64,000 bases of DNA from Gordius albopunctatus (taxonomy: Eukaryota). The position numbers and the translations under genes were made by a program. Where the stretch lies: contig OZ193909.1 in the NCBI GenBank assembly GCA_964276515.1, forward strand, positions 14,508,001-14,572,000. The letters run 5' to 3'. Of the stretch, positions 49,222 through 61,710 are shown in pieces (within the stretch, counting starts at the first letter, position 1; the number at the start of each line of letters is the position of its first letter). The notes below the pieces were generated by a model, which was not told the DNA's origin, did no database searches, and saw only the letters and a list, made by a program, of their open reading frames with translations.

Positions 49222-52200
49222 TTTATTTTGCTCTCACTTTTTTAATTAAATCCAAAACATGTGTATCTAGTAACATTTTTGAGATCCAATGTTTGTAGAG
49301 GTTGAGAAACGTGAGCATTATCAATACATCGGATATATTTTAAAATTAGCTTACTAGTAACATTGTTGATGTCCAAAAAAATATTCATAGAAATTCATAG
49401 ACATTTTGTCAGTTAAATTTTTGTCGAATGAACGGTTACCAAATAGACTGCTCATTGAGCATGCATACATATGAAAAAGTGATGCCTGTTTTACCACCAT
49501 CTTCAACTTATGTAGGTAAGTTTCCATTTTATTCTTTGATATGTTATAAATTTGATAGATGGAGTCATTAATGCAAAATGTTACCTTAGAAAATGACATA
49601 TGTAGGGACATCAACATACGTAACGTCAATCAAGTACGATGTCAATTCCGAGAAATAAGTTAATCACAGATTTGAATTTATTTTCCTAGAAGATCGCACG
49701 CTATGACGTCGATTGACAGATCTTCCTTGAAACTTATCGGTATATTTAGATCTTCTCAGAAGATCATAGATATATTTAAGTCTTCCCAGAAAATAATCGA
49801 TCTTCATGGAAACTCATCGATTAATTTAGATCTTCCAAGAATATTATCGATTTTCCAATAATAATGATTATGTATTTTATAATAACTATATAAACTCAAT
49901 TTTTACGCAAATATAACCAGTCGAATAATTCTAGCAAGATGAATTGTATTCTTTGTTCCAAAATTATCCTTGTATAAGAGTATACAAGCAAGAAACGTAT
50001 TATATCAAAAGACATTTTTTTCTTTCCAATGATATTCTAATAAATGTGAGATTATTTTTTATTTGATATTTAAGTTATCCCAACAAAGATATTTTTACTT
50101 CAATCATAGAAATAGACTATGTTGATTTTAGTGAATTCATCATCATCAAAGGGTATTTGAGAATGAGCAATCAGCCACTGCTCCATTTTTCAAATTCTCG
50201 TCTCGTCTCGGGAGCGATTATAAAAATCTCGATCTCGTCTTGACGAGAATTCTCGCCTCGTCTCGACTTTTAAAAACAAATATATACTGAAAATATTTAA
50301 AATATTTAAAAAATGTTTAAAATACAAATGACAATTTTTTATATTTTTTAAGAAACTTTAATACACAAACTTTTCAAAGATTTAGCGGGACACGACATCT
50401 CATTGACAATATAAAGATATAAATTAATTCATAAAGATAACATTTTCTATGGAAAGTGCAGAATAAAAGACTATAAATAAATTTGAAGTATATAAAATTA
50501 AATGTGAATGTTCTAGCAAATTATAACATTTGTATCAAATTCACTTTTTTGTCAACTATAAATAGACTTAATAATACGTTTGCTTATAGTTGACTTAGTT
50601 GCATAATTGAGCAAATTGAGACCCTTTGTTAACCCTGGGTAAAGCTTCTTAATTGACTAAGTCTATTGTTATCATCATCAATTATATACCATAGTGTTTA
50701 TTGCATGTTTACTATATCGTTATAAACCATAGAGTGCGAGTGACTTTTAATGATAATATTATTATTTACAGAATTAATAACTAGATGCACATATCAAAAC
50801 GTTGTAAAAACAACAATAAAAGCAGCATTATTATAGGATTAAGATAAGGTTTTAAACTGTAAATTGCACGTATTTAAATTTATGACAGAAATCATTATAA
50901 TCAAATTTATATTCCAAATAATTACCTTCCAATTCCAACTAACTTTGCCATTAAATATTTATTGATGGAAAACAGTATAGGTTCGTGTATTTATTTTATA
51001 TTTCACAATTATGGAAATATAATAAATGCACCTGCCAACCCAGCGTATAATGTGAAAAGTAATGCATATGACAAATCTATGTATTCACATAATGTCTTAT
51101 TAAAATTCAAAAATTTGGGAGGTATACTATTAGTTGAAGCATAAAAACTTTAAAAAAATCCATGATTTAGATTTAATCTATTACGGCATCATTAAATACT
51201 CTATTGTACTTTTGAAATCGTTAGGCGGGTGCTAAAAAATCTAGACCTACTTATTCAAACTGATTCACTACCAATTTATAATTAACGCATTATGCAGGAT
51301 GAGTAACTGGAAAATATAAATATGCTTTAGTAATGTTTACTAGTCCATCAGAACTCATTCTAAGCCTAAAATTTGTTTAATATTTAATAGTGCTATGGAT
51401 ACAAATAGGTGATAAAGATATTATAAAATTATTAACATACCCTATGGATCAACCTTACTTAGGTAAATGATTGCCGAATTTTAAATTTTTTGCAAAATAT
51501 ATGATATTTACTACACTTAGTAATTTTTTAAGGATGTTATATAAATGCACAGTAAGAAATTAAAAAATGCGCAGTAAAATATGCACAGTAATATATTTAA
51601 GTGCGCAGTAAATTATTAAAAATTGCACAGTTAATTAATAATAAATTGCTCAATAATTAAACAAAATTGCACAGTTAATTAACAATAAATTGCTCAGTAA
51701 TTTAATAAAATTGCTCAATAATTTAGTAAAATTGCTCAGTAATTATATAGCCTTGCAGAGTAATTTTATAATATTTCTCAGTAATTTTGTAGCATTGAGC
51801 ATTGCTCAGTAATTTAATAACATAGCTTATTGCTTAATACTTTGAATTGATAAGTAATTTTTGAGCATTGCTCAGTAATTTAATAATATTTCTCAGTACC
51901 TCAATAATTTAATAAAATTGCTTAATGATTTGAATTGATAAGTCGTTTTTGAGCATTGCTCAGTAATCAGAACACAACTTAGTTTTCAATAGAATGAATT
52001 GGTTGAAAAAATCTATTATTTTAAAAAATGCCTAATAATCTTTACAAATTGTTCAATAATATTTAGATGCTAAATTAAAAAAATATTCAGTTTATAATTC
52101 AATAACTAATAATTAAATTATCATTGATTTTATGTTTTTATATAAAAAATTTAGTTTGTTGATAAAATTGAGCACTTATTTATTTTAGCTAAAATAAATA

Positions 52201-52473
52201 GTTTGGAGGCTTGATAATATACATTGCCCTTCCTCTTAATGTTATTATGCATATGTCATAAATTTAAATCGAATAAATTTTTGAAATTTTTATTAGAGTA
52301 TAAACATAAATAGTTTCAAATACAAATGCATAATGAACATATTTTGCTGACAATATAAACATAAATAATTTTAAATAGATATACATAGTGAACACATTTT
52401 GCTGGAGCAACCTTTAATTCAAGCCTAAAATTTGTTATAGTCAAGCACATAATTTAAACTTATGAACTTACCA

Positions 52474-53596
52474 TTATTGAACAATGAAGGCTGATTTGGC
52501 TTTTGAGGGTCTGCCCCTTTTTCTTTTTTGCCCTAAAGGCACAAACTTAGCTTCTTTAGGTGTTATGCAAAGTTTAAATTTAATTGCCAAACCCACTATA
52601 TGTTTGCAAATGTAGTATTTGAAAAACACTGGACAATTACATTTACTCTCAAACCATTTTGTGGAATCATCGGGTAATTGACAGAGCCATAGCTTAAAAT
52701 TCCGCGTCTTGAATTCATCAAATGTTTTGAAGTTTAGATTTTTGACATTGCTAATATCTTTTTCATTTATAATCCCGGTACCTGATGGCACACAATATTC
52801 GGTAAAATCAAGTTGTTTTTTTGATAGGCAGTGGCCATTAAAATTAGCAAATTGGTAGCTCTGAGTCCATAGCTTTAAATTGATAGCTGGTGATTTAATG
52901 AATTTTTTTGAATGTTTATACTCGCATGACCATGTTTGGATCATGTCAATTGCTACCACTTTGAACCTATTGATTGGCATCCATTCCCTCAACGTAAATT
53001 CATCTTTTATTAAATGATTAGATGATTCCAGGGCATTATTGGTACTAGGGGTATAATGGCTATATCCTTCATGCCATGTATCATTTTTATAAACCCATTC
53101 TTTATAAAAATATTCGCAAAACTTTGAGGCTTTAGATGACCATTTTTCCAAGAATAAATTGGAGGCTTTTTCAAAGACCTTAGTGCTACGAGACAATTGT
53201 ATTGTATTCATATCCTCTAAAATTTCTTTATGGTATAATTTATCAGCTAGTATAACATAATCATAAAATATATACAATAATATATTTACCTTTTTTTCTA
53301 TATTTCTACGGACGTGAGCCCAACAAATGACAATTGTGTCTTTTCCAATGACAGATTTAAATGCATTATGTATGGAAATTGCCCCATCTGTAATTAATAC
53401 ATCCCACTTGGGAGTTGTATTATTAATAAATTTAAATCCTATAATAAAGTGTTAAATAAAAAAATATATTCTTTTTCTTTTTCATTAACACATAGAGACT
53501 TTCCCATAATATGGAAATGCCTATCATAGTCAGTTGTTCCAATTATTAATAATGGATAACACTGCCAGGTTATTTTGTATGTTGCATCGGCATGCA
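52474..53596 (-). pseudogene. MULE transposase copy 3
   Basis: ORF 52474-53277 plus a frameshifted upstream part. Confidence 0.83.
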
Positions 53597-54435
53597 ATAT
53601 ATCTGAAAACTGACTGTTTAATAAAAGCCTAAAACTAACAGATTATAAATAACTAAATACCTTTTTGTTGACATGGAAAATTTGAAACGAAGGCCTGAGT
53701 TTTATTTATTATCAGATCTTTTCCTTTTTGACATTCATTGAAAAACTACAAACTACCTTAGAATTAAATAGACTCTTTGCATATTAAAATAGGATATACT
53801 ACTTTTGGAAACCTCAATTTGTTGCTAGACAAAAACATTCGATTGAATTATGAAAAGAATAAACGTTAGATTTAAAAGTTTTTGATATATGGTTTTGCTC
53901 TATGTCCGCATATAAAATCTTTAATTAATAAAATAATTAAACAGCTTTACTATTTTAATAATTATACAAATAACACTTACAAGTGTTTGCCTGGGAATTA
54001 GTCATATATATTAGATTTCCCAAAATTTGCAATAACAAATTAAGTTGGAATAAAAGACATGCCATATTATTAGTAAAAGGTAAAAGTGTTGGGTAAGTTT
54101 TAAAACCTGATAACTTTGAACTGCCAAAATGAAGTGCGTTAGCTTGTTTATGTTAACAGTTTGTTATTAACATTTCTTAATTTTATATAATTTATAATTG
54201 TAAACAATGCGCCGATAAAAAGGATCTTATGTTTATAGGCCCATTTTGTCATTAAAGTACATGAGCGTAGCCAAGAGAATGGCAGGAGGGGCGGCTGCCC
54301 CCCCCCCTAAAAAAAATTACGAAAAATAAATTTTCAATGCATAAACTTTAAAAAATTAAAAAAATTTATGTTTTGCACTTTTAAATGTTTTGCCACCCCT
54401 AATCTAAAACCTGGCTGCGCTCATGATAAAGTATA

Positions 54436-55262
54436 TCTTCTACATATATAAAATTCTCGTGTCACGGTCTTTGGTCGTCAACTCCTCCGAAACAGCTGGA
54501 CCGATTTAGATGGAAATTTCTGCGAATATTTGGTAGGTCTGAGCCTAGGTTGTTAACTATATTCCAAATCTCTAAGTCATAAGACAGTCAATTAATTTAG
54601 TTTTATACGTCTTGACGTTTAATAAAATGTAACTCAAACGCAACCTCATGACGTACTGCGTATCTATAGTGTAGGTAGTGTGATAAATGCAGTAGGCATG
54701 TGTTGCGGAAAATGGAAACTTTTTACAATTTAAAACATTAAATATTAATAATCATTTTTTTGCTTATTTTTCACGTCAATTATTATTATTATAGGATGGT
54801 CGTGTCCCCTCCTGCGTGGCTAAATAAATTTAAAAATCTAATTTTGTCATTTTTTGCGCGTTAAATAAGGAGAAAAATGTACTTTTAACAAAGTGCCAAT
54901 AAATGTTGATATATCTCAGTTCTTCGGATATTATTAAGTTCAGAATTAAAAGTTTTATTCAGAAACAAAAAATTATAATTATGATATTGTTTCTTAGTTA
55001 CAAAAAATTTAAAAAAAAATAGCTTGAAGGTCCAGGGGCCAAAGATTTTTCTCTTTGGGGGGCATGGGGCCAGGTTTTCTCTCTTAGGTGGGCCTGGGCT
55101 TAGGACCCTCTTTAACTGTTTGTTTAAAAAATTTTGCATAATAAATACTTATCAATTATATTTGATATATTCTTAATCTATTGAAATTTATCTATAAGAT
55201 GATATATATTCTGCTAATACACCCGTGTAAATGGCAAAACAACGTTTGCCGGGTTCATCTAG
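54436..55262 (+). mobile_element. Complete non-autonomous Helitron-like element
   Basis: A|TC 5' end; 3' hairpin ggcaaa/tttgcc (55233-55250) then CTAG|T at 55259-55262. Confidence 0.7.
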
Positions 55263-55548
55263 TTATTATATATTTCTACATGACTGCTATTTGAATCTCA
55301 TATTTATTTAATTAAAAAAGTACATATATTGGAATTAAATATATCTAAACGATAAAATACCTTTTAAGATAATCCTTGACTTAAAAAAAATCAAGTCTTC
55401 ACAAAGCTACAGGATGATTAAAAGTGAAAACCAAATATTATGAGTAAATGCAACTATTTTTTTAATATTTAATTTTTACTATAAATATTAACAAGCGGCT
55501 TCGCCCCTGGTGGGGGGTGCAAGAGGGAAAGAGGAGAGGCCTTGGGGG

Positions 55549-57096
55549 AGGCACGTTTGTGCGACAAGTGGGTGTGGTTTTTGATGATTGGTTATGAAGT
55601 GGCTCATGATGATTATAGCTGGGTCAATTTTTCTAACGAACTTGGCGTTGATAGAAAGTTAATGCTGGGCTAGGTTGATGTAGATACCCAAGTAATTGAG
55701 CATTAGTTGTTGTGTGGTTTCACATTTCTGGGTATTAATAGATAGATTCCATTTGTTTGCTAGTTTTAGGAAATTCCTCGTGTTTTGTTGTACCAGGGCA
55801 GCTATTTTGGCATATATTAGGATGTCATCCAGATATACATTGTATCGACAGGTAGTGATGGATTTAATACACAAGTCCAACATAATTTGTTGTAGTACAA
55901 ATGGGGAAAAAGATGCTCCCATAGGCAGCACCCTGTATGAGTATTTCGTTCGTCCTGATTTAAAACCTAACAGGTGTGAAATTGATGGGTCTAATTGGAT
56001 AGCGAAGAAAGCGCTCTTCATGTCAATCTTTCATGCGTAGTTGGCCTCCGCTAAAGGTTTAGCGATTAATGGGATAGATTTTAGCGAAAAGGGGTATGAC
56101 GCGAAGTTTTTTGAAATGATGGATAGGTCTGCGATCATTCTAGGGGACCCATCAGATTTGGGTATAAAATACATGGGGGATGCGATCGCTAGACGATTCC
56201 TTCGTACAATGTAGGAATCGATGATTTGGAGTACTAGGTGCCGATAGACTCTAGGAATAGGTCGAACATACCTGGTGACAAGGTATTGCCAGTTGTTGTT
56301 CGCAAGGGTCCTACTATTGAACTGAGGTTCAAAGCCCTGTCTAGCGACATTATAAGTAAATTTGGATTGTGTATGATGTGGCCTTAGCAATGTGGTATTG
56401 AGGTCCAATGGTGATGAAAATAGAGTCTTGTTCCCATTGCTTATGTCCCAAAAGGCCGGGAAATAGGCGATGTTAGAGGGTTCATGGATGGTGGGGATCG
56501 GTTCACTATCGAGTCCGATATCATGTAGGGAGGTATTAATATATTCCGCCATATCTGTGTGCGTCTGTAGCGGCGTGAAAGGGGTTTTTAGTGGAGGGGC
56601 CCCTTCGTCCGGACCATCATCGAGTGAAACAGAATTGATAGCGATGCTTCGGGCTATACGAATGTTATTGTCTAGCCATATTGGAGCAGTCCGTCCCCCA
56701 TCGATGCTCGGCGGGTTATCACCTAGCCGAGGGCCGCCCCTGCCGCCCTTACGTCTTTCTGTTGAAAGGCGCCTTCCTTGGCATAGGCTTTTCATAATTC
56801 GGCCGAAAAGTGCTAATCTGTTCACTCACCTGTCCGAACCCATTTTTCACAGCCCAGTCTTTGGTACGTCCGGTGACTACTTGCCATCCGTAATATGTTG
56901 CCATTGCGATGATTTTAATTTTAACCCGTTCGGCGAACACTTCGGTAGCTTTGACCTGATCGTCCAATACTTCAACTAATTCCAGAAGGAAATCGATTTC
57001 ATGTTTCGGATATAAGGGTACTGCTTTGTTCTTTTTATCAGCCTCCTTCAAACCTTTAAGTCGTTGCTTTAGTAGTTCAGGTCCTATTTGTTCCAT
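55549..57096 (-). mobile_element. Lineage C RT element, copy 4 (least decayed ORF1/pol overlap)
   Basis: ORFs 55659-56021, 56031-56825, 56749-57096; retains NYLG (RT motif E). Confidence 0.87.
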
Positions 57097-57711
57097 GTGG
57101 AACTAGTAACATTTTTGATGTCCAATGTTTGTAGAGGTTGAGAAACCTGAGCATTATCAATAGATCCATAGTTTGGATAAGCTATTATGAAGATAAGATA
57201 TAATTGTTTATGAATAAATGAACTTACAGTTGGTGGTTGTTGGGATGGAGGAATATGATTTTGCACTTTGATTATTGATTGCTCTCACTTTTTTAATTAA
57301 ATCTAAAACATGTGGATATATTTTAAAATTAGCTTACTAGTACATTGTTGATGTCCAAAAAAATATTCATAGACATTAATAGACATTTTGTCAGTTAAAT
57401 TTTTGTCGAATGAACGGTTACCAAATAGGCTCCTCATTGAGCATGCATACATATGAAAAAAGTGATGCCTGTTTTACCACCATCTTGAAATTATGTAGGT
57501 AAGTTTACATTTTATTCTTTGATATGTTATAAATTTGATAGATGGAGTCATTAATGCAAAATGTTACCTTAGAAAATGACATATGTAGTGACATCAATAT
57601 ACGTAATATCAATCAAGTACGATGTCAATTCCGAGAAATAAGTTAATCACACATTTGAATTTCTTTTCCTAGAAGATCGCACGCTATGACGTCAATTTAC
57701 AGATCTTCCTT

Positions 57712-58866
57712 AGCGCAACTAACGAAGATGCGGAAAGGGAAAGCGCTAGGTCCCGATGATTTACCGATCGAAGCTTGGCTTGGGTGCAAAGGAGAAGGAA
57801 TCGACATGATGACAGGCGTATTTAACGCTATGCTGTATGAGAGTCGTATCCCTGACCAATGGAGGGAAAGTACGATCATACCCATATACAAAGGCAAAGG
57901 AGATGCGCAGGAATGTGACAACTTTAGAGGTATTAAGTTGACCTGCCACTCACTAAAACTACTAGAAAGGGTGCTAGTGAAAAGGCTCAATGACGAAGTT
58001 TGTCTCTCGCCCAATCAGTTTGGATTCGTGGCCGGTAAATCAACGATGGATACAATCTTTGCGTTGAAGCAGACGATGGAAAAATATGACGACATAAGAA
58101 AGAACTTACACATGGTCTTCTTCGATTTAGAAAAGGCCTACGATACGGTTCCGAGAGACTTAATATGGTGGTCCCTTAGAGCCAGAAATATACCCGAAGG
58201 ATATGTTCGACTTATCAAGGAAATGTATAATGGCGCGGTTGCATCTGTTAGGACTACCGTAGGAGAAACGAAACCCTTCCGAGTAATGATTGGACTACAT
58301 CAAGGGTCAGCGTTAAGCCCATTCATGTTTAATCTAATTATGGATACAATAACAAAGGACTTGCACAAGTCAGCCCCTTGGACTATGCTATATGCCGATG
58401 ATATTGTCCTATGCGATGAAACAAGAGAAGGGGTTTTTTATCAGGCGAAAAATGGTCAGAACGTTTTTCGGAATTCGGGTTAAATGTCAGCGAGAAGAAA
58501 ACGGTTTACATGCAAACGATGGGCGGTAGTCCGCAAATGCACAAAAATGACGGTCCAATGTACACGGAGGTTGATAAGTTCACATATCTTGGCTCGCTAT
58601 TACATCAAGAGAGAGGATGTACCGCCGAAGTCCATTCTCGGATCAAGAAAGCGTGGCTCAAGTGGCGCAGCATCTCCGGTGTCATGTGTGACAAAAAGAT
58701 ACCAATTTGGTTGAAAAGCAAGGCGTACAAAACCATTGTGCGACCGGTCTTGCTTTACGGGAGCGAAACATGGGCTTTAACCACCGCGGAGGAGAAACTC
58801 TTGAAAGTCACAGAAATGAGAATGGTGCGATGGAGCTTAGGCTACACCAAGCTGGATCGCATACCT
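57712..58866 (+). mobile_element. Second RTE-clade LINE fragment (RT), different family
   Basis: KALGPD, NFRGIKL, QFGF, FFDLEKAYD, GLHQGSALSP, LYADD, FTYLGS; frameshift near 58480. Confidence 0.9.
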
Positions 58867-58990
58867 GTATTTCGCTTTTTTGCCATTCAACTTGGTCTGG
58901 TATACAAGCGATATCAATTTTTCCTCTCCTTAAAACGTCAACCAATTCTCTGCCCTTGCTTGTCATTGTACATTTCATGACTCAAATTGG
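58867..58990 (-). mobile_element. N-terminal fragment of an RTE endonuclease
   Basis: Minus strand reads TMTSKGRELVDVLRRGKIDIACI. Confidence 0.6.
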
Positions 58991-59599
58991 ATCATACGCA
59001 AACTAATGTCTTTAATCGCTTCTGTTTGTGGACAGAGCGAGAGCCTTCATTTATTTCCCACACATTCCAAATGAAGAAAGCACGCGTCACTTAAAGGGAA
59101 CGCCCTAGCTTTGTTTTCACGCTGTTTTGTTGTTGCAAAATATATTATGTTTATATTGAATGACAAAGTATGGATATCCCACCTTTCCAAGCCTGACAAA
59201 ATTGTGTTAGATTTTAACGCTTGATTACTTACTATTCCATATGATGCCAGTATCATGGTGAAATAAACTCTTTAGACCTACTCGTATTGTTAGGTAAATA
59301 GAGAAGTTCCGTTTTACCAACACTCCCTCAAAGATCAGAAACTTAAGCCTTACCCTTCATCAAGAACCAAGCCAATAGGAGGCCCCATAAGTAACAAATT
59401 TAAAATTGTATTTAGATACCAAAGGTATAGCTACTTGGATCGATAGTATACAAGCTCAATCACCAATTCAATGTTTTCTGGCTCGGTTTAGAAATAGAGA
59501 ATTTAATGTTGATGGAAGGAATGGTAAAGATCGGCAGGAATGTTTTATTTTAGAGGAGCCATCGCAACTAACAATTTATTTGGAACAAGGGACTACAGC

Positions 59600-60886
59600 T
59601 AGCGTTGCGATCTCGTCTCGTCTCGGGTGCAATTATTATATATTTGACATTAAAAAAATTCCTGTAAATATTATATTTTTTGCAAAATTTACCTGAGTAT
59701 GGTTGACCCTTAGGGTATGTGAATAATTTTATAATATCTTTATCACATATTTAAATTTATAGCATTATTAAATATTAGAAAAATATAGGCTTAAAGTGAG
59801 TTCTGATTGAATGGTAAATATAAAAAAGCATATTCATATTTCGCAGTTACTCATCCTGCATAATGCGGTAATTATAAATTGGTGGTCAATCAGTTTGAAT
59901 AATTAAACTAGTTAAGCTAAGGTGGCTCGAGATTTTTGAGCACCGGCCTGACGATTTCAAAAGTACAATGGATTATTTAATGACACCGCAATAGATTAAA
60001 TCTAAATCATGAGTTTTCTATAAGTTTTATGCTTCAACTATATTCGATAAATAACAATTAAATGGCAAAGTTAGTTGCAATTGGAAGTTAATTATTTGGA
60101 ATATTAATTTTATTATAATGATTTTTGTCATATATTTAAATACGTGCAATTTAAAGTTTAAAACCTTATATTCTTATTCCTATAATAATGCTGCTTTTAT
60201 TGTTGTTTCTACCCGTTTTTATATGTGCATCTAGTTATCAATTCTATTAAAAGTCACTGGCACATTGTGGTTTATAACGCTATAGTAATAATGCAATAAA
60301 CACTATGGGCTATAATTAATGATGGTACTAATGGACTTAAATTTGCCTTAAATATGTTAAGGTGTATTTTGAAGCTTTAGCCAGGGTTAATAAAGGGTCT
60401 CAATTTTCTAAATTGTGCAACTAAGTCAACAATAACCGAACTTATTATTTTCTAAGTCTATATAGTTGACAAACACAGTGATTTGATACAAAAGTTATAA
60501 TTTGCTAGAAAAATAAAATTTAATTTTCTATACTTCAAATTTATTTATAGTTTTTTAGTCTGCACTTTCCATAGAAAATGTTATTTTTTTGAATGAATTC
60601 ATATCGTTATATTGACAATGAGATGTCGTGTCCCGCTAAATCATTAAAAAGTTTGTGTATTAAAGTTTATCAAAAAATATAAAAATTTGCCATTTAAATT
60701 TTTTAAAACTTATTTAATATTTTTGATAAAACATGAGAAATTTTTATTCCGTATATATTTTTTTTAAAAGTCGAGACGAGACGAGATCGAGATTTTCCTA
60801 CACCGAGACGAGATCGAAATTTTCAAAATCGCTCCCGAGACGAGACGAGATTTTGTTTTCGAGACCGAGACGAGATCGAAACACTA
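59600..60886. mobile_element. ~1.3-kb hAT-type MITE with TIRs; diverged inverted relative of 4446-~5700
   Basis: TAGCGTTGCGATCTCGTCTCG ... CGAGACGAGATCGAAACACTA; no TSD seen. Confidence 0.65.
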
Positions 60887-61710
60887 CGTGTCATACCCCT
60901 TTTCGCTAAAATCTATCCCATTAATATCTAAACCCTTAGCGGAGGCCAACTACGCATGTAAGATTGACATGAAGAGCGCTTTCTTCGCTATCCAATTAGA
61001 CCCATCAATTTCACACCTGTTAGGTTTTGAATCAGGACGAACGAAATACTCATACAGAGTGCTGCCTATGGGAGCAACTTTTTCCCCATTTGTACTACAA
61101 CAAATTATGTTGGACTTGTGCATTAAATCCATCACTACCTGTCGATACAATGTATATCTGGATGACATCCTAATATATGCCAAGATGGCTGCCCTGGTAC
61201 AACAAAACACGAGGAATTTCCTAAAACTAGCAAACAAATGGAATCTATCTATTATACCCAGAAATCTGAAACCACACCACAACGAATGCTCAATTACTTG
61301 GGTATCTACATCAACCTAACCTAGCATTAACTTTCTATCAACGCCAAGTTCCTTAGGAAAATTGACGCAACGATAATCATCATGAGCCACTTCATAACCA
61401 ATCATCAAAAACCACACCCATTGGTCGCACAAACGTGCCTTGGAATTCTCACATATTATTCCTACATGATTACGGACTGGACTAAATTCTTTTCACCCCC
61501 ATACAACATGTGTCTAAGCGACAATCCCTTCAACGGGCAACTGTTCATACAAAAGATTATAGCACTCAAATCCTTGATGAAACACCCTCTACCCATGGTC
61601 ACCACATACGATGGAGATGCCTATGGTGGTGCATCAACGAGCCATATCGGCATACACTTCATGGCAGAATACATGTCGGTAAAAATTGCCGACGCTTGGC
61701 AATGTTCAAC
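60887..61710 (+). mobile_element. Lineage C RT element, copy 5 (RT core to start of RNase H)
   Basis: YACKIDMKSAFF, VLPMGATFSPF, YLDD; CLGILTYY and AYGGASTSHIG align with the A/B connection and RNase H start. Confidence 0.85.

Larger units (their letters stand above)
45837..53687. repeat. Segmental duplication unit 3 (truncated within the MULE)
   Basis: Colinear with 1-~7950, then breaks. Confidence 0.92.
53717..57711. repeat. More diverged partial copy of the unit (equivalent to ~450-3915)
   Basis: Colinear with more substitutions; retains segments deleted in units 1-3. Confidence 0.85.

Noticed and set aside
58990..59400. HDV-like ribozyme in the putative RTE 5' UTR
   Set aside because: Could not build the nested double pseudoknot by eye; needs a descriptor search
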